Assembly (NCBI GenBank): GCA_965153455.1
Contig: OZ234493.1
Location: 10,840,213 to 10,904,212, forward strand
Direction of reading: 5' to 3'
Length of the DNA: 64,000 nucleotides
DNA from: Sphagnum compactum
Lineage: Eukaryota
Shown: positions 27,001 to 39,282 of the stretch, piece after piece
How the letters are laid out: each line of letters begins with the position of its first letter
Position numbering within the stretch: position 1 is the first letter of the stretch
Position numbers and translations under genes: made by a program
Notes under the pieces: generated by a model
The model's database searches: none
What the model saw: only the letters and a program-made list of their open reading frames with translations
What the model was told of the DNA's origin: nothing

Positions 27001-28506
27001 TCCACTTATGTCATGTACTTGGGGATGCACAATGTATCTAAATGGTTACATTATTAGGCATTCAAATGTGAAGACCATGTTTCAAATTTGATAGTTTATT
27101 TCAATATGTCTTTTCACATTGCTTGTAACATGTTTAATGTTACCGTTGCATCTTGCAATAAACTAGTCATGTATTTGTGTGTGTGTTTTTTTTTCCCCAA
27201 AAGGCCAATATCTTCATCTCAAAAATTGGAATTTGAATCTTTTCCTCAACAATATATCTCTTTAAAATGTTGAATTTGATAATCATGACTTGTAAAAGAC
27301 CTAGAAAACAAAAGTATCCTTGGGTGATACTATTAAAATTGTTGCATGCTCATTTTCTTGGACCCATTTCATATATTATTTATTTTGGTAAATTTTTGCG
27401 AAACAAATTTTTTTTAATGATTTTAACAATTTTTTTCACCCTTTAAAAATATAAAGATAAACTTAAATTAGCCACATCTAAACTTAGCATTTCATAGGTC
27501 ACCAATCATAGCAACATTTTGTAAAAATGTTACATCACACCTAGGATACCACAATATCTTGGTGGCTTTAGAATAGTAGTGCAATATAACTAATATAATT
27601 TGAAGTTTCTAATTTGGCACTACAATTTTTTATTTTGAAAATTTCGACATATAATGACTAAATAAAATATAATCACAAATTTTCTCATAAACTACATGTA
27701 TTTTCGATTAGATTGATCAAAATTATCTTGAGTTCAATTGTGCAAGGCATGGGTTTGAATACGGTTGCCTTGATTGGATTTCCATCTCTTTTTACATAAA
27801 GATTTTTTTTTCTAAAAATTTCAGCAAAAATGAAAATAATATAATTAATGTTGAAGTTGCCTAGGTACTACAGTAGTCACCGTTTAATGATAATTAAGGT
27901 TGGGGATCCCATCAAAAAAAATTAAAATTTAGGAAACATGTAAGTAAGGATTTTCATTATAATTTTTTAGTGAGTAAATTTACCAAGTTATATAGAATTT
28001 GAAACTTTAATGATGTCAAAAATATTTTTTATTTTGATGTGATTAATCATTACATTTTTAAAAAAGTTTTAAGAATGTAACAATGTTTTGTTTTTTTTTT
28101 TCAATTTTTTGGTTAGGAACACAAGTTTGAAACATATTTAGGATCCTTGTTAAAAAATAATTTTCTAAGCTACTTTTGATGATATTCTATTTGATGTTTT
28201 TAATAAATAATTAATTGAATAGGAATGGTACCTAAACCCTTAGCTCCTCACATTAGGAATAGAAAGATGTGTGAGAGATTTGGGGAGGTCTTGAGTTCAT
28301 TTCCTTGAAAATTTATCAATGTAGGTTCAAGTTTTTATTTTTTCAACAACCCCTTTTGATTCAAAATTTAATAAATGTTGAATATTAGTTGTACTTATGG
28401 TATTTTTTGTCTAGCATCAAAATTCAATTATTATATGTTGAAAACTAATTTTGTTCAATTTTGATTGGAGTGAATTAAAGATATAATAATACAAAAATGG
28501 TATAAT

Positions 28507-28645
28507 TGCTACAAGAAAATGTGATCTTTCCTTCATCAATTGGCCATGGTTCATGACACATGTGTGAGGTAAATGGATGATTTACTTCACAAGTGTCATG
28601 ACCCGTGACCTACTAATGTAGGAAAAACCACATTCTATTGTAGTG
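28507..28645. mobile_element. 139-bp foldback element with CACTA-type termini (miniature CACTA derivative)
   Basis: Left end (TG)CTACAAGAAAATGTG and right end CACATTCTATTGTAGTG (= CACTACAA on the minus strand). The two halves are imperfectly complementary over almost their whole length. Confidence 0.65.
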
Positions 28646-29550
28646 TAGGGAAAATTAGATAGACAAAAGTTCAAAACTTGAATTTCTATCACATTTTTGA
28701 AGCATTAACAAGACCCAAAATAATATTTTTAAAATATTGCAAAATTAAGGGATTGAATAACATGATATAAAGAGGATGAACACATGTGTATATCCTCTCT
28801 TCCAAAGAAAAAACGATGATTACAATATATGGTGTTGATAATAGAAATTATTTTTTGGACAACTACATTTTACTTATGAACTAAGGGATCATTTTTTATT
28901 GGTTGTAGAATTATGTTACTTACACATTCTATAATCTCGCATTGATAAGTGGACCATGATTCAATTTCTTGCCTAAACCTTGTTTGAGTTCAACTTTTCT
29001 GAAGAACTAAATTCTAAAGGTTAATGAATATGAAAAATTAGGTTCAAAACTTAATGAGATGTTGTATGAAATTAAAGAAACTAGTTGGAACCAAAATCAA
29101 AGGTTCCATCAAATTGAAGAACAACTTCGTGAGGTTTTATTTCAAAAGGTTAGAATCGGACAATAGTAATGTGGACCAATGTTGGATAGGTTCTAAAACA
29201 TTGAAAATCAACTTGGGTTTCATGGTAGTTCTTTTTTAAAAATTCAATAAATATAAGCTAGTAAAAAAACCAACAATTCCATAATAGGATTATGACTTGA
29301 GAACCAAGTAACTTATATTAACCCTAACCTTCAACCCTATATAAGTTACAAATGTAGCATTCAATTTTGATTATCAAGGATAGGATCTAGTTAAGAAGGA
29401 TTTCGCTTTAAGCTCCATACTAAATAGGTTGTAGCAAGGTTGTCAAAACCAATGTGATTCAGTCATTTTGCATCAAACATCACATTGGCATCTGTCTTGA
29501 TATGTTTGTCACATTCGTCAAGACTAACACATGAAAAACATTAATTACAC

Positions 29551-30397
29551 TTAGGTTGCCTTTGTTATGTATGGTGACAAAAAATGGATTTGATCATCAC
29601 ATAATTAGCGACCAAATTTTCAACTTTCTTGTCATTGAACTAAAGAATTGAAACTTTTCGATCCCCATAATTATCAACTAAATTTTTTCGGTCCACCTAA
29701 TTTTTTTATACAAATTGCCCAAAAAAATTTAGTCGTTTGATCAAAGTGGCCATTGATCCAACGTCTAATTTTTTTTGTCATTGCCCAAAACATTTCAGTC
29801 AATGCCCAATTTTTTTTAATAATGCCCAATTTCATATGCCAATTTAGGTGATCAAAAAATTTCGATTATTAGATTGGGTGATTGAAAAATTTGTGTCATC
29901 GACTATGGCAAAAAAAAGTGCGCAACCAAATACATTTGGGTGCTAACCAAAATTTATTGGGCAACGATCAATGGCCATTCTCAATTGGACAACTTAATTT
30001 TTTCGACAACTTGCAAAAAGAAATTGGGTGGACCGAAAAAATTTGATCACCAACTATGGTGATTGAAAGTTGACGATTGAAAGCTTTTGGCATGTAATAT
30101 GTTTTTGGAAACCTCTCAATGAACATTACTCTTGGTGATCAAAAATTCAATTACCTGCAACAAAAACTAAAGTCACTAGCGACTGAAAAAAGTTTTGGGT
30201 TACCAAATTATTGTTTTCAATCACCTTATGTATGGTGACTAAAAATGGTTTTTGGTTGCCATCCAGGAAAACTTGATTGTTCGATACTGATCGAAAGTTT
30301 TTGGTCACCAACAACTAAATTTGGAAAGGGGGCTTGTAATATACTTTTGGAAAGCTCTTATCGAACTCTATGTGCAACGACTAAGGGCAACCAAAAA
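29551..30397. mobile_element. Degenerate non-autonomous DNA-transposon-like element with many internal GGTCGCC/GCGACCAAA-type motifs in both orientations
   Basis: Ends GGTTGCCTT ... AAGGGCAACC. Repeated TTTTCGRTC / GACCGAAAAA motifs and two TTTTGGAAASCTCT motifs. Confidence 0.4.
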
Positions 30398-30866
30398 TTC
30401 AGTTACTAGTTATAAAAAATATTGGTTTTGCAAGCTACTAGTTTATTAATGTTTGTTAAAGGTCTGATGTTGGTTGGAAACCAGTTATGTATTTTGGTTT
30501 TTGTTCAGCCTATGGCAATAATTAATGAAAATGCACACCTTTGACTGCATGTTTTTTCTCAATGGTGGTCAACTTTTATGGTAGTCACATTTCACATATG
30601 TTTTGGTTGTCAACAATGGTGACATGGTTACAACGTACAAGCTCAGATGTTCAATTATACCCCAAATTCATTCAAGTTTGCTCTTGTTTCTTAATCTTTT
30701 TTCTAACTAGGTTTTGGGTGCAAGTAGAGCTTGAGCTGCAATGGGCAGCACCTTTTTAGGGTTAGGGTTCAAATCCCCTTCAAGCTATTTAGGGTTTAGT
30801 GTTCTCAATTGATATTTCTTATTGTGAATCTGTTTGAAAAATTTTACATCAATGTTGAGATTGTAG

Positions 30867-31111
30867 GATAAGCGCACAGGGATTCTGAAAGAACAATTGG
30901 CTGCTATAAAACTTAGTTGGAAGCATTGCAACATAATAAAGAGGATCAGATGAAGCAATTTATGGAGGTGAAAAGGCATATAACACACATTTTTGGGGAA
31001 AATACAACAACATAAGCTATAGACTTCTACTTTAGTTGAGGAGATCAGCATCCGACATTAAGGAGGCTGGAAAAGTATAATGTTTAGCTTCAAAAGCTTC
31101 AAAGGGAAAAG
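30867..31111 (+). pseudogene. MAP65: Isolated, decayed exon of microtubule-associated protein MAP65
   Basis: ttgtag|DKRTGILKEQLAAIK..LEALQ..KEDQMKQFMEVKRHITHIFGE...GDQHPTLRRLEKYNV*LQKLQREK|gttagt matches the MAP65 GTIKEQLAAI...LQKEK exon, with frameshifts and stops. A possible start-exon remnant (ATG GGC AGC ACC) lies at 30741. Confidence 0.8.
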
Positions 31112-31298
31112 GTTAGTAAATTTTCATTTTGGGAAATAAAAGTTCAATGCAACTTGCAAGTGAACAAATTATAGGGACTCTTTTGGTGAATAATCCTTTG
31201 TTAGTCGCCGCCATGAAAGAGTCTAAGTTTTGAATTTTTGCAGACAGACATATGTGCATATGTTGTACCCATGCTAAAAAATTGTCTATGATATATAG

Positions 31299-32850
31299 AC
31301 CTAGAAAGGAACGGCTATTCAAGGCGGTGATCAAGTTTGCTTCGCGTCCAGACCTAGCCACCTTAAATAGTTTTTAGCAGGTGCCCAAGTTGATATGCCA
31401 CAAGAAGCCTTGCAAGTTTTGGATATCGTGTTTTGGGAGCTTCCTACACATCAGTAATTATTGCTACACACCTTTTATTGATAGCTCTTTGATTTGCTTC
31501 TCACAGGATATGATTTTGTGGGTACCACTTAAATTCTCTAACAAATTGTTATGCTATATCATTGAGAGATTAAAGAAATCTGGAGTTTCTTCTTAAGACA
31601 ACAAACACTAAACAAACATTGTTTTGTGACTATTGGTGGTGCAATTAATTATTTTGGTTGCTTGAATTCTTTTGTTGCTGTGTAGGTATACACTAATAGG
31701 GCGTTCATTTTACTCGCCCATCTTGGTTTGACAATACCTCTTGGTGATGGGCTTGGAAAGCTAGTGGGACTTTTATCAAAATATACACCCAACTCAAATG
31801 GGCTTGTCCCTCAACATTGGTAGGAGCCATGGTGGTCAACACCCTCTCCTTCAATTTGGGTTTAATTGTTCATGCTTGCTGAATGTGTGTGATTGATTAC
31901 TGATATGTTTTGTACTAGTGTGGGGAGTGACATGTGTCACATATTACTCTTTCATATTAACACTTGAAAGCAATTAGGATTATCCATTTTCATGCTCTGT
32001 GGGTTTTTTTAGACATGTTATCAGTTACATTCATCAAGTTAAAGCTTGTTTTGGATTTTGTTTAAATTTTGTTCAACAAGCAAGTACTTGGCCCTTTGTC
32101 TAATTCTGACCAAAACAAGGTACGTTCTTGGTGTGGAAGTTTATTAAAATTTCTTGTTGTGACTTTTATACAATAGTCACACCAGATACCTGCCTATAAG
32201 AACCTTGAAATTTAGCACCCTAAAGCAGACAACGCCCTAGGCTGAAAATGGTCTTGTGATGGGTGATTCCCAAGATAACAACACATTGCCTAGGTGCATA
32301 ATATACCTATGTAAAAGTTGTTTGTGGTTGCAGGGGAAGATATTATCTGTCATGTTGGTTTTGTGGAGTTGAATTGTTGAAGTTTTTTAAAAAAAATTGT
32401 TGCCTAAACCTATTTTGCATTATAAATGATTGTTTATGTAATGTCTATATGCCAAAGTTTGAATTGTATGTGATTGCTCGTGAAGTTTAAACAAATGTCT
32501 TTGGTGTGGTGTTGTAGTTTATGTCCTTTTGTGATTTGGTGCATATAAAAAAGGCATTACATGGTTTGAAGGTTGAAGTGACCCATCGTGGAAGCATGTG
32601 GTGAAAATATCGTATTACAGATATTACCAAGCAGCAAATAGAGGAATTGTAATACGCATCTTCTCTTTGTTCTAATGATGTTTTTTGTTATTGATTTGTA
32701 GTTTTGTTGGGTACTATTGTTGGGTTGTGAACCCGGAAATCCTTGTGCAATAACATAACTTTTTGTAGATTCCCTATTGATGACAAGGGCACTGTGAAGT
32801 CTATGGTTGACTACTTTAAGGAGATTTAGAAATTCTCTATTTGGTATCTG
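31299..32850 (+). pseudogene. AGO1: Argonaute (AGO1-clade) gene fragment: five consecutive decayed exons with introns (end of N domain, ArgoL1/DUF1785, start of PAZ)
   Basis: 31299-31453 RKERLFKAVIKFASRPDL..FLAGAQVDMPQEALQVLDIV.ELPTH; 31686-31819 YTLIGRSFYSP..PLGDGL..FYQNIHPTQMGLSLNI; 32013-32119 DMLSVTFI..PLSNSDQNK; 32545-32651 IKKALHGLKVEVTHRGSM.KYRIT; 32769-~32850 FPIDDKGTVKSMVDYFKE. Contains stops, frameshifts and two mutated splice sites. Confidence 0.9.
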
Positions 32851-32852
32851 AA

Positions 32853-33107
32853 GCAAATGCAACAGAAACTTAGGATGATGCATATTTTGTACAATGGTTT
32901 TGCTCCAATTTCAGGTAGGTTTATTATATAGTAATTTACACCCATCGTCTGTCATTGGAAACTACCGATGAAGTTAATGGGTAGTTATGGTAGCTTGTCT
33001 TCATTACAATTCATGATGAAAGTGATGGTTTGGTACTTTGTGAGCAACCTCATAAGGTTATGATGACAAGCATTCTTGTGGAATTTTTTTTGTTTTTCAT
33101 AGATATG
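32853..33107 (+). mobile_element. SINE-like dispersed element, copy 2 (5'-truncated, more diverged)
   Basis: CAACAGAAACTTAGGA...GATGAAGTTAATGGGTAGTTATGGTAGCTTGTC...GATGAAAGTGATGGT...TTCATAGATATG matches copies 1, 3 and 4. Confidence 0.7.
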
Positions 33108-36100
33108 AATAATGAAGTGTGGTTTTTGCTTTATGGTTATTTTGATGGTGTGGTTGTTAGGCATGGGAACAATTCAAGACATTGTTTTTGTTTTATCTTA
33201 AGCAGGTGAAGACCCTTGCCTATTGTTTGAATCACATATGTTATTTCCTATTTTGTGTCTCCTTTCACCATGTTCCCAACCAAGATTCATTTGGAAGTTA
33301 AATCTAATAGAATGTTTTGAAATCACAATCGTGTTTTTGTTGAGATTTCTTTGGAATTTCATGGATATGTTTTATCATCACTTCATGGTACAGGTGTTAC
33401 AAGATTATTACAAAAGCCATGTTGATGCAATAGTTGGACCACGAAGGCTTTTCATCACTAGCAAAACCTTTTAGTGATAGGATTGATTCTAGTATTTGAA
33501 ACACCTTCACCCACCTTAATTTGTTATGTTAGAGAAGAATGTGTTCACTGTTTTTTTATTTAGTAGGATTTTTGTCTTTCCATTGTTTAAGGGCATGATA
33601 TGTGGCTCTCTAAAGGTGCAAAAACCAATTTGTTCCACTATGGTTTTTTTTTCACTGTTGTTGGATATTCAAATTGGGGCTATTGGACCCTTTTTTCAAC
33701 CTATTAGGCTTAGTACCTTTTGCAACAAATTGCTAGATCACATTGAACCAATGTCTATTGCCTCTTTAAATTTTATTTGTATTCATAGAAATGAATGAAC
33801 ACTGGGGGTAATCTTTCTCTCATTGCAATTTTAAAGCACATTTTCATGTAACACCAACATACATTGTTGTTTCTTTTTGTTGCACATGAAATGGTTTTGG
33901 CCAATTGTGCTTTTTGAGTGGTAAAATGCAAGGCCCCACCTGGTTCAAGAATCAATCAATATTTGAGACTAGAGGATTTATTTATTTTGCAATATGTAAT
34001 ATATATCTTGCAACAAGAGTTTTTAAGCATCTAGTGCAAGTTGGTTATGTTTTATTATCATTATTGTCTTGGAATGTTGGTTCTAGAGAGAGTTCTAATA
34101 AACTACACAAATATCTCTTTACATGATGAAAAAATTAAGCTAATATCTGTGTTTGCATATGATTTTGATAAAACTTGATTATGCTTTTTGTGGGCTTAAT
34201 GGAAATCGTAAGCCCTTGTCTCGTTTTTTTTTGCATGTTTTTTACACATGTTCTAACAAGGAAATTGTTATATTGGGGCTATGCTCAGCTCTACCTACCA
34301 CCACCTTTTTTCTAGAAAATCCCTAAACCCTTCCACATGAATTCGTGAGGACATTCGCATTCCGTATACAAACTCAATGGTGTGATTTTTCAAGGTTGTT
34401 ATTTATTAATTTTTGTGAAATCCAAAAATTCTCCTTAGCAAAATTACCCAAATTTAAGGAAAGAAATAAAATTCTGTAAAAAAAAAAATTGGTACTAATT
34501 TGTTGTCTTTTGTCTTTTGAAAAACATATGGAGGGCCTTTGAAAAAGAAAGTATAGATTGACAACTCTTCACATTCTATAGCAAATAAAACCTGTCATAT
34601 TGAAGCAGTTGTCGCCACAACGCTACAATGCTAAAAATTCAATAGCCAATAAAACTTAAATATTAAAATAATATTTAGCCACTTGAACATACAACACTTT
34701 GCAATTCGTCGCTAGCAAGTTATGAATATACACAAATTATGTTAGCCACATCTAAAGAAAAATATATTTTTTGTAGTCAATTGGATCCACCTACCCCAAG
34801 AAAAATAGCTACATGAGCATACAAGCATTGACAATTTGTAGCCAATCAACCTACCTCACAAATTTGAAAAAAAAAAAACACTAGTTTCATCGTTAAATAA
34901 TCCTCAATATAGTGAAATGAAAATTTGTGAAAATATGAAGTTCACATGTTGAATATCATCAAAATTATCATAGACTACACTATGAGTAATTTCACTACTC
35001 ATATGACAATATTATAGTAGATGATGGAAAACATATAATATTTTTTAAAAAAGGAATTCATTTTTTGAAAAAAAATTATTCGATTTGTCAATGTGGAAAA
35101 TTGACCCTTGACTACGGTACTATATTAAAAACAAGTACACTTGTGAACAATTTGGTGGCCTTGCCTACCAAGGCAAGGACATTGTGTTAAGATTCACTAT
35201 AGAGTAGAGTAGCTTAAGGGATTTTGGCCCCTAGGTAATAAATAATAGGTCTATTTTTTATATGAGGATATTTGAAAGATGATATTTTGGCTTGTGTTGA
35301 AACTTGAGATTATTAGTTATAGAGAGTTATAATAATATCTTGAAGGATTTTGATTTTGAAGATTATATTTTGGCATGGTGAAATATTTGAGTTTCTATAA
35401 TTCTTCCTTTTCCTTAAGATGTTTTTAAATGTAAATGGCAAGGCCAAACACATCCCTTGTTTATAAGAAGAAGAAGAAGGTGGTCATAGTGGCCACCACT
35501 ACCACCACCACCACTCAGCTAGGAACACATGATATTCACATAGTTTAATAAAACCCTAAACCCTAGAATGGAAAGTCCTAGGGTTTACAAAGGTTGGTAC
35601 TTTTTTTGTATTGGGATTGCTCAATTTCAAACCACCACAACATGGGTTGGGTTTGCCTAACCTTCTTTCTTTCAATCACAAGGACCCACATGTGGGTCTT
35701 CTTCAATGACTAAACTAGTTCACACAACAACCATTTTTTTCCTTCCCCTTGGGGTTGGTACCATGTAGATATATTAATAGGTGAATAGGTAAAAAAACCT
35801 TTGCATTTATTAAATTGTTTGTGGGACATAATTGCATAATTACATAAATTTAAAAGATTATTTGTTCATTGACAAAAATGTTTTTTGAAAGGACAAATGA
35901 CCCAAAATTGGAAAAAAATCAAACAAAATTTTCCATTTTGATTTTGATTTTGATTTTGATTTTTTTCAAAATTGTTTGCCCTCCTTGTCCTCGTCCTCTC
36001 ATTGGGTGTTTCTACAAACTCATGAACATAATATTATAAAAGCCTGAAAATAAATTTTCCTTTTTGAAATTTATAGGGGATCTCACACAAAAGAATCTCC

Positions 36101-37743
36101 ATAAACATATTAGGGTTTGTTAAAACCCTAATCCTAATTTTTGCCGTTTGTAGTTTTAGAAAGCAACCTCACCACACACACACACACACACACACAACAG
36201 AATTCTCAGAATTTTCAGAATCTCATCAAAACCTAACATTTTCTTTTTTCCCCTCTTAATTTTTTAAAATTAAAAAAATAAATCCAACAAAGAATGAAAT
36301 GAACACAATCAACGAACGAATGAATGGGTGAAGGAATGATGAAATCCACAACAACCAAAAAAAAAGAAAAAGAAAAAGAAAAAAGAGATTATTTTTGTTG
36401 TTGTTGTTGCAGATTCAAAACCAGAGAGATGAATTCTGAAGTAGTTAGATCAGAAGCAGCCAAATTCAATTTGGGGTTTGTTGTTGTTGTTGTTGTTGTT
36501 TTTCTCCAGAGGAACTCTTGGTTGCAGTGGCAGAGAGATTGTTACTTGGAGGAATAGTAGTAGTAGTAGTAGTAGTCATCAGATCAGCAGAAAGCACGAA
36601 AGTTTCAAATTGTGGGTTTGAACATTGTTTGTTTGTTTGTTTGTTGATTGATTTTCCCCAGGAATGTTATTAGTTGGGAATGGAAACCAGAAAGATTGTG
36701 GAAAAAAAATTAGATCAGAAGGAGCAAAATCTTGGGTTTGTTTTATGTTGTTTTTGTGAGGAATTTGAGGTTTGGGTTTGTTTATTGTTTCTCTGGGATT
36801 CACTTTTTGTAGTATGTACTACATTTTGCCCTCCTTTTGTTGCTTTCCCATTGCTGCCACTGATCATCTGTTGTTGCTGCTAGTGGGTTGTCAGTACTAT
36901 TTTGGTACCATTGTTGTTGTTGTTGTTGTTGTTGTGGGAGCTTGTGGGTTGCTCCTCCCTGTTGTTGTTGTTTGTTGTTGGAGCTTGTTGAGCAACAGTG
37001 GTGCAATTTTTTTTCCTCCCAAGCTTTTGTGGTTGAACCCAATTGCTATATGTAGCAAACTATGTCATGAACATTTGATGGCAGCATCCAGCAGCAGCCA
37101 CAGATTCAGCTTCAGTCTCTTCTTCACCTTTTAGTCTTTTGTATTAGTATCAAGAGTGCAGCTTCTGGGATTTTTTTTTTGGTCTATCTTCAATCCACAG
37201 TGGATGGGTATTCTTGTTGTTTTCAAGGTTTTCTTGCAGCCTGTTTCTGTTTCAGAGTGTATGTAAAAGAAGCTTCTGAAAATGTTGGAGGATTTTTGAT
37301 TTGTGATTTGGGGAGTTTACAATTTGCTGCTCTTTCATTGCAAAAGAGTTTTAGTCTTCTCTGTTGATGATCGAGCTTCTTTGTGCCTTCTTTTTCCAAG
37401 CTTTGTTGTTGTTGTTGTCTCTCATGAGCAAGAACCACATTGTTCTTTGTGCAAAACTTTGTTCTTGTTCTTGTTCTTGTTCTGTTTTTTTTTTTTTGCA
37501 ATTGAGGTTTGTCAGACAAGTCTGACATTGTTTTGATGGTAGTTTTATGAGGAAGGTGGCTTTGTTGTTCTCTGGTGAACAACATTGCAGCAGCAAATCT
37601 TGGCTCTCTCAATTGTTGTTGACTCTGCAAGGAGCTTTAGACCCAGGAAGGAGGAGGTTCCACTTGCAGCAGTAGTAGTACCTGATTCCTCTAGAAACTG
37701 TCTTGATACCTCTGATAGAAGAAGCTCTCCATAGCCACAGTAA

Positions 37744-39282
37744 ATGGGTTTCATGCTAGAAACAACAGGGAGCATTTGCTCTGAGATGATCAGTGGCAGT
37801 GACTCTCAATCAAGCAGCAGCAGCAGCAGCAGCAGCAACTGCAGCTCCATGCGAAGCGGCAATGCTGATCATGCTGCAGAGGAGCACAGATGCCTGGCCA
37901 TTTTGCATGGTCATGAAGGCAATGTGATATCCTTGGCACTTGCAGGTGACATGCTCTACTCTGGCTCAGACCGTGGCGACATCCAAGCATGGAAGAATAA
38001 TCCTCAGTTCAGAAAGGCAAAGAGATTCGGATCTGGAGAAGGATCTGTGAAGTCCTTGGTGGTGGTGGATGACAAAGTGATCAGTGCTCATCAGGATTGC
38101 AAGATCAGAGTGTGGAGAAAATCAAAGGGTGAATCTAATAGGCTTCAACAGCTTGTCATCTCCACGCCATCCATGAAAGCCTTCCTCATCAACTTCTTGA
38201 CCCCCAACAACAACTATGTTCAGGTCAGTGCAGTGCTGTAGCTCATCCTCCAAACTCTCTAGCGGTTGGTCTCCAACCCATTTTTCCTCTACTCCTGCTT
38301 GGGATTCTTTGAAGATCATTACTCCACAATGAAGTCCTTTTGCAATCGTGAGGAGCACTCAATTCTCTCTTGAGACTGAATTTACCTCCTCTTCCAAGAA
38401 GGGGTTTGAAAACCAATTTAACCATGGATTCTGAACAAAGGGAATGAACATATGTTGCTGCAGGTGCGGAGGCAGCGTGAGAAGGCCTTGTGGACAGACC
38501 ATCATGATGTCATTTCAGTCTTGGCTGTAGGCACTGATGTTCTGTACTCTGGATCATGGGACAAGAGCATCAAGGTATGGCGTCTCGCTGATTTCAAGTG
38601 TCTGGAATCTCTTACCTCCCACATTGATGCAGTTAATGCCCTTGCAGTTGATCGGAAACAAGGTTTGCTGTACAGTGGTTCAGCAGATGCCACAATCAAG
38701 GTATGGCGCAGACATTATTCAAATCTTCCAGCAACCCATACACTGATCACCACTCTGGAGGAGGCAAAGAAATCTCCAGTCAATGCCCTAGCTCTAAGCC
38801 CTGATGCTGAAATCTTGTACTCAGGAGAGAGCAACAAAACTATCGCAGTTTGGAAGCGTTTGGAGCTCAGAGGAGGACACAAACATGTGGTTCCCACAGG
38901 TTTACTCAGAGGTCATCGCCTTGCCGTTTTGTGCTTGAGCACCATTGCTGATTTGTTGATAAGCGGATCAGCTGACAAGACAATTCGCATATGGAGAAGA
39001 GGAGCCACAGATGGGTTGCATTCCTGTGTGGCCTTGCTGCAAGGACACAAGGGACCAGTGAAATCTTTGTGTACATCTGCAGACACAACAAGAATGGGAT
39101 TCATGGTTTACAGTGGGAGTATGGATTGTGATGTGCGGGTTTGGTGGATACCTCCTGATCAAGAGAGAGAAGCTGAGAACCTCACCTCTGATGGTTCTCA
39201 AGAAAGCCCCCCACCTTCTGTCAGATGGAGCAACAACAACAACCACCATCTCTCCAACATGATGAGCCTGCCATCCCTTTGA
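37744..39282 (+). CDS. WD40-repeat protein, JINGUBANG-like (myosin heavy chain kinase B-like WD40 family), 432 aa, 2 exons
   Basis: Exons 37744-38223 and 38464-39282 (phase-0 GT-AG intron) join NNYVQ|VRRQREKALW, a family motif. Seven WD repeats (LYSGSD, ISAHQDCKIRVW, LYSGSWDKSIKVW, LYSGSADATIKVW, VYSGSMDCDVRVW). Confidence 0.92.
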
